A stretch of 64,000 nt of DNA, taken from the human T2T-CHM13v2.0 reference genome, Homo sapiens. The notes beneath the pieces are model-generated. The model worked only from the letters and a program-made list of their open reading frames with translations. It made no database searches and was not told the DNA's origin. Below are positions 15,938 to 28,079 of the stretch, piece after piece. The stretch lies in the NCBI RefSeq assembly GCF_009914755.1, contig NC_060932.1; one strand, written 5' to 3'. Position 1 is the stretch's first letter; every line of letters starts with the position of its first letter. The position numbers and the translations under genes are program-made.

Positions 15938-16770
15938 ACCATAAAAGGGGATGAAGTACTGATATATGCTACAATATGGATGAATGTTGAAAACACTATG
16001 CTAAGTGATAGAAGCCAGACACACAAGGTCATGTTATTGTATGATACCATTTGTATGAAATGTCCTCAGTAAGGAGATCTAACAGAAAGTGGATTAGTGG
16101 CTGCCAGGAACTGGAGGAAGGTGAGAATGGAGAATAACTGCTAATAGCTATGGGCTCCTTTTTTTTTCTTAATACTTGGTGTATTTTGAATGTTTACATT
16201 TAACAAATGAAAACTATTAGCAAAAATGATTCAATAATATTTTACTATTTACAAGGTACCTACAGGGATTCCTTTCCCAATTTTTTTCATTGTGGTATTT
16301 ACCAAAATTATTTTTATTGTGGTAAAATACACATAACATACAATTTACTAACTTAACCATTTAAGTAGACACTTCAGTGGTATTAAATACCTTTATAATG
16401 TATGTAGCCATCTCCACCTGCCATCTCCGTGTCTCTTTTCTTCTTAGAAATTGAAATTCTGTGTCCATTAAACAGTAACTCCCCATTCTTCCCTCCCCAC
16501 AGCCCCTGGCAACCACAATTCAACTTTCTGTCTCACTGACTTTGACAACTCCCCTCATATAAGGAGAATCCTACGGTATATATTTATCCTTTTGTGGCTG
16601 GCTTATTTCACTTAGCATACTGGTTTCTTTTTGGAGTGAAGAAAATGTTCTGGAATTAGAAAGTGGTAATAGTTGTACAATATAGTGAATGTTCTAAAAC
16701 CCACTGAAGTGTACACTTTAACGTGGTGGATTTTACACCATATGACATACCTCTCAATAAAAATGCTTTC
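15938..16770 (+). mobile_element. L1MB-type 3' end, interrupted by an antisense L1 fragment
   Basis: gatgaagtactgatatatgctacaatatggatgaa...atgctaagtga (15950-16150) resumes at ggtttctttttggagtgaagaaaatgttctgga (16622) and runs to ctcaataaaa. Confidence 0.75.
16300..16619 (-). mobile_element. L1MB-type 3' end (nested, antisense)
   Basis: ttattgtggtaaaatacacataacat...aactccccattc...cccctggcaaccac...ggcttatttcacttagcata. Confidence 0.8.
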
Positions 16771-16998
16771 AAAATACTCATATATGGGAGGATAATCATT
16801 GAAAAATAAATAATAAATATACAAATCCGCAAATGAGATAGATTAGCACATATTTAGTGAGGCTGAATAGGGTGGGAGAAAAACTAGTGGACTGGAAACA
16901 GGAACCTAATGACTTAAAAAGTCAGTTTAGCCTCTCCTACCTCATTACAGAAACCGAAAGGTAACCTAAGGGTTTCTGTAAAGAAACACTAAGTTTCC

Positions 16999-17209
16999 AT
17001 GTTCACAAAGAAGGAAACAACAGACTCCGGGATTTCCTTGAGGGTGGAAGGTGGGAGGAGGGAGAGGAGCAGAAAAAAAAACTATTGGGTACGAGACTTA
17101 GTACCTGGGTGACAAAATAATCTGTACAACAAACCTCCATGACATGAGTTTACCTATATAACAAGGCTGCACATGTACCCCATACCTAGAATGAAAGTTT
17201 AAAAAAAAA
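16999..17209 (+). mobile_element. 5'-truncated L1PA13-16-type 3' end
   Basis: gagggtggaaggtgggaggagggagagg...tacctgggtgacaaaataatctgtacaacaaacc; perfect 18-bp TSD aagaaacactaagtttcc (16981-16998, 17210-17227). Confidence 0.9.
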
Positions 17210-17873
17210 AAGAAACACTAAGTTTCCTTCCACTTTCTGTATCTGATGATTTCAATATTTCCCTCTAGGGCCTCCTCTCCCCTGCCCGCAATGCCATGCG
17301 AGCTGACCTTGGACCTGCGACCCTTGCCTTCATCTGTGCCGAGACCTACACAAACAGTGATGAAGCATCGCAGCCGGAGGTGGGAGAGCCTCCACCAGGA
17401 CAGTGCTAGCATTGGAACTGGTGCTCCTTTAAGCGTTTACTGCAGTGGAAACTTGGTCTGTACCCAGAAAGGCCCAAGATGTTGCTTCTTGAGGGCATAC
17501 AGCTTTTAATGACAATTGGACAAATGCTACATTATTTAGCATTGAGACAAATGGAAATAAATCAGCCTCTGTAAGGGGGTGAAAATGGCTGACATTTTTG
17601 CTTATAATCTTGAACTTATTTGGGTAAACTACCTACTAATGTTTTACAGTTTTAGCTTTATCTTACTAGAAGGTCTAAAGGGTTTTTGGTTATAAGTGGA
17701 AAAATGTAGAATGTCTAAAAAAAACAAAAAAGAAGGGGAAATAAGAATTTATTTTTCACTCTTAGATTGTGTGTGTGTGTGTCTGTGTGTTTTATTTTGT
17801 ACTTTCTTCCACTTGAGTACTGCATTAGTGATCATTACGTGGGTCCAACATTAAAAAGCCCCAAAAACAAGAA

Positions 17874-18043
17874 GGTATTAAATACCTTCATAACGTTGTG
17901 TAGCCATCTCTACCATCCATCTCCATATCTCTTTTCTTCTTATAAAATTAAAGCTCTGTACCCATTAAACAATAACTCCCCATTCTTCCCTCCCCCCAGG
18001 CCCTGGCAACCACAATTCAACTTTCTGTCTCACTGACTTTGAC
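17874..18043 (-). repeat. Local direct duplicate of L1MB segment 16379-16546
   Basis: Colinear about 170 bp; last 43 bp identical (ccctggcaaccacaattcaactttctgtctcactgactttgac). Confidence 0.75.
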
Positions 18044-18313
18044 TTTTTAGGCTGAAAGTCTAAAGAACTGGGCTTTAGATTTGCATTCGACATGGGCTCT
18101 TAAATTCGTCTGTTATGTAATTCATTTGCTCATATGTTAGAAAAATTTACCATTCAGAGGCCTTTGTGAATATGTAAGAATATAATTGAAACAGAGCAAG
18201 CAACAAAGGAAAGTATGCTTAATACCCATCTGGCTACTATTCTCATTATTCACATTATTTTTTAAAGACTCTTCAAACCTTCACAACAATCCTCAAGGGC
18301 TTCCCGTCGCCTA

Positions 18314-18670
<357 letters not shown>

Positions 18671-19652
18671 CTACTAGCCCCTATTGTGTCTCTGTGTAAA
18701 TTTGAAAAGATGCCCCTTTCTCTGGGTGGTTGGAGCATGGCTGATGAGCTGAGGGAGGGTTGAGTTTCACTCCCCCACAGACTGTGTGGCAGGATTCCTT
18801 GGAGCCAGTTATAAACTGTAGTTGAGATGGTCCCAAGCCCACTTTCTGGTCTTACCTTCTGCTGTGTCCTTCTACCACTCTTCTCTGTACACGCTAGGGT
18901 TTGCCTACTTCTAGGGCTTTCCTTACACATGGAGCACCCTCCTCCATTCTCCATCAAATTCCTTCCATTCTTCAAGGCTCACTTAAACCTTCTCTCCAAA
19001 GCCTAATCATCCCTGCAGCCACATGTCCCCTATCATGATGTTCATCCCACTTTTAAATGGTCATATTCTGGTTTTTACTATAGGATGTTTGCACATCTTT
19101 CTTTCTCACCGATTATGAAGTCAGTGGTTTGAAGATTTACATTTAATTCACATCTCTAATTCTTACAAGGCCTAATAGAGAAGTGGCCCATAGCAGGTGC
19201 TTCATGTGTGTTAACTGAATAGAAATGAAGGGATAAGTGAGTATCTCATGGTAAAGCATGGAGAACCGCCTGAAACATTGAAGAAAATCTGAGACTTCTC
19301 TCCCCACTTCTAGGCAGGTGCTCTCAGCATCTTTTGCTGAGATTATAGATACATGATTCCAACAAGGTGCAGCTGTATCATGCCAGGTGTGACTACTAAA
19401 AAGACTGCCTTTTCTCCAACAATGATTGAAAAAGAGGACTTCCACATGTGGGCACTGGCAGTGTTGACGGAATAAGGGAGTAACAGTCACGCATTTGATC
19501 CTTGGGCCTAGGAGAAAGAAATGTCATGTTCTTTTAATTTTCAAAATCAAGTGAAATCTGATTCCTCTCCCATCTACTAGTGTTGGCAGGTGTGCTGAAC
19601 TGACTGAAGCCACTTTGGGTATTCACAATGATTGGTTCTTACTGGTAGCTAT

Positions 19653-20169
19653 TGTGGGGGAAAGGGATAAATTCTCCTTCGCCTCCTTGATCTTTGGCTG
19701 GGTCTAAGAATTAAATTGACCCAAGACAGATTAACAGGAGAAAAGCATATACATTTCGTTAATTTTTACATGTACATGAGGGCTCTCACAAGACAGTGAA
19801 GACCTGAAGAAATGGACAAAACAGAAAGATTTTATGCCTTTTAGATAAAAACAAAAACAAAATTGATACATTCATGAAGAAATGAGAAAGGGCAGTGAAT
19901 CATGGGGAATTGTTAGCAGATATATTTTAGGGGGGAGTATAAAACATTGGAAGATAGCTATTTTAGTAAGTTTATTTCTACAGATCCATCTCAGTGTCAA
20001 TTCCCAGTCTCTGGTGCTAAGGGTTATTTTTTTTGTCCTGGTACAGGGAAAGCATCTTTCACAAAGGAGTTTTTATGGCTAGCTACCTATAGGAAAGGGC
20101 AAGTCTGTAGCCTTTTCTGCAACTACTGTTTCTCAAGTGCTTTCAGCTCGAAGTAATCAATACGCCAAA
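19653..20169 (-). mobile_element. MER34-family ERV1 LTR
   Basis: Reverse strand reads tttggcgtattgattacttcgagctgaaagcacttgagaaacagtagttgcag; also agacagattaacaggagaaaagcatatacatt. Confidence 0.65.
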
Positions 20170-20252
20170 TGATACGGTTAGGCTTTGTGTTCCCACCCAA
20201 ATCTCATCTTGAATTGTAATCCCCAGGTGTTGAGGGAGAGACCTGGTGGGAG
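20170..20252 (+). mobile_element. MST/THE1 MaLR LTR 5' fragment
   Basis: tgatacggttaggctttgtgttcccacccaaatctcatcttgaattgtaatcccc...gacctggtgggag. Confidence 0.85.
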
Positions 20253-20351
20253 AACCTCATTTTTCTCTCAGTTTATCAGATGACAAGTACATCACTGCCT
20301 GGGCCAGGCACATCTTTGTAGGACTGCTATTATTTGAACACATAAATTCAT

Positions 20352-20488
20352 GGCTGAGTGCAGTGACTCACGCCTATAACCCCAGCACTTTGGGAGGCAG
20401 AGGCAAGAGGATCATTTGAGGCTGGGAGTTCAAGACCAGCCCAGGAAACATAGCGAGACCCTATCTCTACAAAATAAGTTAATTAATT
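20352..20488 (+). mobile_element. FLAM_C / Alu left monomer
   Basis: Monomer ending gagaccctatctctacaaaataa; TSD-like aacacataa on both sides. Confidence 0.85.
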
Positions 20489-20554
20489 AAAACACATAAG
20501 TGACAGTTTAATTAAAGAAAAAATTAATTATTACTTAGTAATAACACTGCAGTC

Positions 20555-20700
20555 TCGAGAAAAACATTACTCAGGCTGATCGCTGCCTTCACTGAGCCAT
20601 CCGACTTGGCTCCAAATGACTTCTGATCATTCCAAGGAATCAAATTTACTTTCAAAAACAATGATTTGAAATAATTTGCCATTACTGAGGATCTTCAAAG
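20555..20700 (+). mobile_element. MARNA-like mariner transposase relic
   Basis: 20600-20623 translates SDLAPNDF, a decayed form of the mariner YSPDLAPxDF motif; followed by tttgccattactgaggatcttcaaa. Confidence 0.6.
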
Positions 20701-21426
20701 TAATGCAATGCATTTTATAATGCAATCTTCAATTTAAGTATAAATGGCTAACATAAAATTACAATAACTTTAATTCAATGAGCTTGGTTGGATCAGGAAA
20801 GCATTTGTATTACTATGGCAAGAATAATACAATTATTTTTATTTTTCATCAGTTTCTTGTTTCCCAAACAAGTTTGTAAACACAGACATATTTTAGTATA
20901 TAAGTTTGATCCTTATGAATGTAACTTTTATGCTTTTATTAATTTTGAAATATGTGTGTTCAATTCAGTTAAATAATTATTAAATTTAAAGAGAAGAAAT
21001 GTGAAAAAATAACTTGAAAATATTTCAAGCAAATGTAACATTGTTAGAATAAATATATAATTTTGCAAGATGACCAGCTTGAAAGGGACAATAAATACTT
21101 GTTTTAATGTGTGAATTCCAAGTCACTTATAAATGTATCAGTTTATAAGCACAGCATCTAAATTCCATAAAAAATTCAGTTGAAAGAATGAATTAATGAC
21201 TTCCTACAAAAATAGATTCAACAATGCCTCTGATTTTCACAATATAGTTTTCACAATGCTTTCATGTAGATTGTGTCATTTATTTGGCCACCTCTGGGGT
21301 AGGCTTTATTTTTCTCTAGTAGATGTGAGAGTCAGATTCAAAGAGACCCAAAGCCACTCTGATTTCAAGTGCCAGGGTTTGGGAGGTGCTAACCTTATTT
21401 CTTCACTAACCTAAAAATATTTTTTT

Positions 21427-22015
21427 AATATCGCCAAATTGATCTACAGGTTCAATGCAATCCCTATCTAAATCCTAGCTGCCTTTTTGCAGATATGAAC
21501 AAGCTGGTCCTAAAATTCACACGATAATTCAAGGGACCCAGAATGGCCAATATGATCTTGGAAAAGAACAGGGTTGAAGGATTCCCACTTTCCTATTTCA
21601 TAACTCACTACAAAACTGTAGTACTCATGACAGTGTGGTATTGGCCTAAGAACAGATGCACAGATCATTAGAATAGACCCGAGAGCCTAGAAATAAACTG
21701 TGACATTCACAGTCAATTGATTTTTGACAAGGGTGCCATGACAATTCACTGGGAGAAAAACGGTCTTTTCTACCAATAGCTCTGGGACAACTGGATAACC
21801 ACATGCAAAAGAGTGAGGTTGGTTGGACTCCTACCTTATACCATATACAAAACTTAACTAAAAAAAATGAATCAGACCCCTAAATGTATAATCTAAAATT
21901 ATAAAAGTCTTTGAAGAAAACATAGGCATAAATCCCCTTAACCTTGGATTGCCAATGGGTTCTTAGATCTGTCACCTAGAGCATAAGGAACAAAAGACAA
22001 AATAGAAGAAACTGT
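21427..22015 (+). mobile_element. Old L1M ORF2 C-terminal fragment
   Basis: aaattgatctacaggttcaatgcaatccctatc...caattgatttttgacaagggtgcc...gggacaactggata...gaagaaaacatagg. Confidence 0.85.
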
Positions 22016-23029
22016 TTAGGAGCATTTCTTCAACAGTATTAATTTGCCTGTTCATTATTTCCACCTTAAATACCAGTTCAGGTGTGTTAAAGCAATGCTT
22101 TAGTTAGCATCTATAGGGCATAGGGACCTATGAGGTCAATATCACCCAGTGAGCCATGTTGCTTCTCTGGCCATGCCAAACCCAGGTGCCCTACAGAGAC
22201 CAAGCCCTGGCAGGCCTGTTTCTGATGGTGGTGTCATAGTGTCCTGTCTGATGGGTCTTCTAGGTATCACCCTTCTGGGCTCCAGCAATAACCCTCCCAC
22301 CGCATTGGGCGAAGCTTCTGAAGGACTTGGCCAACATTTGGTGGATGAAAAAATGATCAGTGTCAGCCAGGACTACATTTCTTATGAACTAAAACTTTAC
22401 AGCATTGTGCTATTTCCACACTAGTTCTTGTTTGTTTGTTTGGTTTTTTCTAATTAGTGTTTTTCCGACGCCTGTTCTTCCTTCACTCTGTTGTGTGAGC
22501 AAGAAGCTGAGTCGGGCAACCTGAAGGAAGGCCTTCTTCCTGTCTCAAGTGCTGGCAGGGAGGAAAGACTTGTTCCCAGTTCCTGAGTGCTGTGGGGTCC
22601 CCAAAGGAGAGGCTGTGTGAAAAACACTGCCTGGTAATTGATCTCCCAGATGCTCCTCTGGCTCAGGAAAGAAGGCTGCTCAGGGCCTCATCACTCTGCT
22701 GAGAGGCAGCTGTACGTTTGCTGGTCCTTCCTGTCTGGTGAAGGGAGAAAGAAGGAAGGAAGGAAGGAGCAACTGTTCTCTTTCCCTCCAATAGCACCAA
22801 AGCCCATGACACGCAGGACTTTCACCTGAAGTCCAGAGTGACTCAACTTCAGGTGTCAAATGCATTGATCTAATGGTGTTTGTTAATTTCAAATGCTTTA
22901 GACAAATGATGATGGAGAGAGGAATAATTTTCTCATAATAAAATTGATTAGAAATGTAATAGTCTAAAACACAATGCAAGTGTTTATAAAATAGCAGCCA
23001 TTGAGAGCTTGGGACACCAGTGGTGTTTG

Positions 23030-23260
23030 CTATCGTGCTGGAGCAGACACATCTGGATTTGATACCTTGCAGTTGGACCACTTATTTCCATACAACTGAG
23101 CAATTTTCTTAACCTTGCTGAGCCTCAATGTCTTTGTCGGTAAAATGGAAATAATATTGCCGCCTCCTAAGTTTGCTATTATATTATAAAGATTAACCAA
23201 AACTTTTTATGAAAGCACCTTACATGGGGTCTGGCACACATTAGGTACTCAATAAATAAC
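23030..23260 (+). mobile_element. MIR
   Basis: cttaaccttgctgagcctcaatg...gtaaaatggaaataata...ctggcacacattaggtactcaataaat. Confidence 0.7.
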
Positions 23261-23264
23261 AACT

Positions 23265-23485
23265 CACACATAGTGCCACCTATAGACTTAGCCCTTCACA
23301 TATATCAATTTATTTAATTCTCATGAGAACTCAGTAAGGAAGGTAAGGTTATGATCCCCATTGTACGGATGAGGAAACTAAGCCACAAAAGGGTTAAAGA
23401 AGTATGCTCAAGGTCACGCTGCCTTCAGTGGAAGTCAGGATTTGAGTCCATGCCAACTGGCCCAAGACTTTGTGTTCCTAATCAT
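23265..23485 (-). mobile_element. MIR (tail-to-tail with previous)
   Basis: tttaattctcat...ccccattgtacggatgaggaaactaag...ctcaaggtcacgc...ggatttgagtcc. Confidence 0.75.
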
Positions 23486-23940
23486 TTGTACTTGTATTCC
23501 TCTAATACATATTTTCTTTCTAACGTTCATCTGTGCCCCAGTGACTACAAAATGCAAATAATGCAAATTTTCAGGCCCCTTCAAGAAATAAAAAGCAGAT
23601 GCTTGCTCAGGGAGCATGACTTTTCTCTCACATGTTCTATAAACCCAACAACATGTCACAGCATATTGCAACAGCAGGGGCACCAGGACTAGTGGTTATT
23701 CTGGTCGGCGTGTATCTGGCAAAGTCAGATGGCCAAGATCAAGATGACATATACCTCTTGTTTTCCTGTTCCGGAGCTCCAGACTCTGCCTTTTTCCCTG
23801 CCCCTCCCTGCCTCCATCCCTGTTCCAGGCAGCTGTCTCACAAAACATATCCCTTAGTTGCAAAAGATATGGTAGCATGTGCATGGCTCCATTCAGACTC
23901 ATCAGCAATAGAGACATTATTATGGACAAAGAATACCATG

Positions 23941-24245
23941 TTATTATTATTATTATTCTTATTGAGACAAGGTCTTGCTCTGGCACCCAAGCTGGAGTGC
24001 AGTGGTGCGATCTTGGCTCACTGCAACCTTGACTTCCCAGGCTCAAGCAATCCTCCTACCTCAGCCTCCTGAGTAGCTGGGACCAAAGGCATACGCTGCC
24101 GCGCCTGGCTAATTTTTGTAGTTTTTGTAGAGATGGGGTTTCACCATGTTGCCCAGGCTGGTCTTGAATTCCTGGGCTCAAGAGATCTGTCCACCTCGAC
24201 CTCCCAAAGTGCTGAGATTACAGCCGTGAGCCACAGCACCCGGCC
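23941..24245 (-). mobile_element. AluJ, full length, (TTA)n tail
   Basis: Alu consensus; TSD aagaataccat at 23929 and 24246. Confidence 0.95.
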
Positions 24246-25229
24246 AAGAATACCATTATTATAGTAATAAATGGACCTCCCTTTCCTGACCTTCACCCCT
24301 GCTTAGGAAGAAGGGTTTCAGTAAGATCTGCTCCACCACATCATCTTCTGGTTCTCTGTAATTTTATTTTTCTGTGCGTGCCACTCTATCATAATTTTTG
24401 TTTTTGTAACTTGGCATTTGTGTCTGTGATTTATGAAGTGCAAAGGAAGATGCTGGTGCTTATTCCAAGGTTACTTAATAACCATTACAATCCAGTGGAG
24501 TTAAACCAGGAATGGGTTTAGGAACTCAAAAGATAGCACATTTGAGTATCCCTGCCTCTGTTTCCCAAATTATGTGTTATGAACAAACTTCCTCCTGCAT
24601 AAAATGTCATTATAGCAAATTATCCTAATAAAGAAATCTGCTGGGCAGGTGAGGGTGGTTCTGAAGCAAGATATATCAAAATTCGGCAGGGCTGAATTGT
24701 TATCAGCAACAATAAACTCCTAAAATTTTATTGTGAAAATAATTCCACAGTCTGAAATTTAATGGTATAAAATAATAACTCACAGTTCACATAACAACTG
24801 GTAATAGCTAAGCATTTCAAATATTGTATATAAAAGAAAGTAACTGTAATGAAAAATTCTGATTAATGCCAATTTTGAGTCTAATAAAGTTCCTTTGCCA
24901 GATGCCTATGTTATTAAATCTTAACTCATGAGCCTTTGGCTTTGAATTTTTTTTCCCCTATTTATACTCTTATAAGGGCATTATGAGAGCAGGGAAGCTC
25001 CATCACTGCTGCCTAAAATCTTTTAGCTCCCCAGTCTTGGTTTGGTTTCTGGGGCTGTGCCTCTGTGATTGTTTGCCCAACCTCCTTGTAGGCTCTTTGT
25101 TGTATTGCAGTATGATTTACTCTGCACCATCATGACGGGACCAGATTTACTAAAGTGCCAAAATCCATCTTCTCTGAAATGCCCTAATGGATATCAGTGG
25201 GAATTTCTCCATTTCTTTAAAATGCATTA

Positions 25230-25574
<345 letters not shown>

Positions 25575-26394
25575 TCATGATAGTGTCCCAAATTGATTCC
25601 AATGCATTGGTCACTAAGCGTGAGGTGAGCATTTGCTTTTATGTAGAGCAACACACAGGGCTCTACAGATAAGGTAAGCATCAGATCCAAAGTTTAAAAT
25701 ATCCTTCATGTGTTGCTGATCTCATGCCAAAAGTGAATTGTCATAAATCATTTTAGGACTAGAAAATAAAAGAATATATTTTTACTTTTGAATCATGTTT
25801 GTGGATTCTTTTCAAAGAACTTTTTCCCAGTAAATAGTTGTTGACTTCACTCACAAAGGGATTCTCCATTCAAATGTAATTTGAGCTAGACTTGGTCTTT
25901 CTTCTACTTGGACTTAACAAACCTATTTCTTCATTTCTAGAGCTGAGAATCAAGAGAAACTTTTTTTTCCTGTTATCCTTAAAGCTGGAGCTCAAAGATT
26001 ATCTTCTGTCTATAAGATCCTAAACCCTGATGGCAAGGTGCGGTGATGTGTTGGGGAGACTGAGGTAGGAGGACCAATGACCACATAGGTCCAAGTTGTC
26101 CAATAGGCGTGTCTGAACTGAACTATGGTTTTCAGGAAGCACTACTGGGAGTCAATGAGATTTACTTACATCTTGGAGGAAACTCACTGTTTCTCTGCTT
26201 CATGTAGGGGGGTAAAAATCCCCTGAGCAAGTCCCAGGGAGATTGCCTATGAATAAAATATTCTCACTTTAGTATGTAAAGTCAATGCTGTGTCCTTTAG
26301 CTGCCCTTTAAAGGATTTCCTGGTTCTTGGCACTACTCCAGGTCATTCAAACTACTGTGTAAGTGCTGCACATGTAGCCTTTGGTGCTGGTTAG

Positions 26395-26560
26395 ATAAAG
26401 GTTCAACTGCTTTTCAGACTTTGCTGACTGTGTGAGTTGGAGCAAGTTTTTTCACATCAGCAATTTCAGTGTCCTCTTCTGTGCACTCAGAATGATGAGT
26501 TTGTACCTACAAGCCTCACAGGTTAGTTGTGTGGATCCATGAGACACTGTGTGAGGGACA
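26395..26560 (+). mobile_element. MIR
   Basis: ctgtgtgagttggagcaagtt...tttcagtgtcctcttctgt...ttgtgtggatccatgaga. Confidence 0.55.
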
Positions 26561-27049
26561 CACACCACCTGTCAGTCTTGTAGCCCACCTTATTCCACCT
26601 GAAAGTATGTTATGTTTGGAGTCCAGATGGAATAACGCTGATTCACCAAAGGGTTAAGCTGGCGTTAATAACACCCATGCCAGTACTCAGTGAATTCCCT
26701 GCTTTTGCTAAGTTTACAACAGAGGCAAAAGCCAGGCAGAATGTCCCTTTCTGAACTACAAGAGGTTACGGATGGTTCATAACTGTATTCCCCTCTGCCC
26801 CAGCCTCTCTTTCCCACCCAGGCTGAGCACGGTTGGAAAAGCAGTTCAGAATTCTGAGAGGTGTCCACTTCATCCTTCGCCTAACCTGTTTGGGTGGCTG
26901 TGTTGAGTCATCAGAGCCTGCCTCTTCATTTCCACATCCTCCTTCCTGCAGAGTGGAGCTGGTGCCGGTTCAGGCTCTGTGGAGGAAGCTGATGGGACAG
27001 AGCTGCAGGAAGGGGAGCCCTGGGTTTGTTCCCCAGAACCTCGGGAGTG

Positions 27050-27230
27050 CTCACTGTGCCCCGCATGCTTGGCTAAGGGCTTGCTGACCTTATCTCAAGT
27101 CATTCTCTCAAGAACCCTATGAGGAAGGCGGGGTCATTCCCCTGTGACTCAGAAAGCTTTGGTAATTCTTTTACTGTCTATGGCAAATAATGGCAGAACT
27201 AGGTTCCAGGCCTGAGCCAGCTGCTTCCAG
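27050..27230 (-). mobile_element. MIR
   Basis: tgctcactgtgcccc...cattctctcaagaaccctatgaggaagg...aatggcagaactagg. Confidence 0.5.
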
Positions 27231-28035
27231 GAGTCAGCACTCAACTGAACAGCTGGAGGAATCCAACAGGGAATCCTGTCCCCAGGGTTTCCCTCTGCTG
27301 CACTCTTTGCTGTAGTCCTCAGCTTGTGTCTCTCGAAGTACTCTGCATGTTGTATTTTTATTATTTGTTGTATTTTGTCTCAAAACCATCTTATTGATCT
27401 TTGGACAACCAGAATCTAGGCACATTATCAGAGTTATTTAGAGAGCTTATACAAATAAATTTTTCCTTTGAGTTAAAAGAATAAGGCTGGAGAACAAAAT
27501 CATGCAGCCCCATTCCCCTCCCTGCAGATGCACTGAGAAACAGCATCGTTGAAGGTCCTGCCCAGACAACTAGAAAATAAATCTTCTGGGCCCAGGGTTC
27601 CAGAGTCACAGTCCTCGGTCTTTCCTCTTCCCACCCTGCAAATGGATGCCCAGGGTGGCAACTTTTGACGTTGACTCAGCGGAAGAAGAGAAATAGACCA
27701 AAGTGTTAGCAATGGTCATCCCTTTGATACTAAGCATAGTTTGTAACCAACTAAACATAAACATTTATAAAAATAAAATTAAAAAAATTAAGTTATTAAG
27801 TTGGGCTCCCATCAGCTGTTTCCATTAATTAGTGGGGACATCTGAGCACTTGAAAATTTTGCCAGTGTTTCCTAAGTTGCCTCCACAATTGAAGTGAGGT
27901 AGGAGGTTGATCAAATTTTCTGTATAACAGGAATATGGAGGCTAAGAACCTCTTCTAGAATGTTCAGTGAAGAGTCTAGGTTTTGGAGCCTGAGATCTCT
28001 AGAGTAAAAACTCTATATTGATTATGGCATGATAA

Positions 28036-28036
<1 letters not shown>

Positions 28037-28078
<42 letters not shown>
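28037..28078. repeat. (CA)21 microsatellite
   Basis: Perfect dinucleotide run. Confidence 0.97.

Positions 28079-28079
<1 letters not shown>

Noticed and set aside
23030-23485. Tail-to-tail inverted MIR pair as a structured RNA
   Set aside because: Copies too diverged for convincing pairing; common arrangement.
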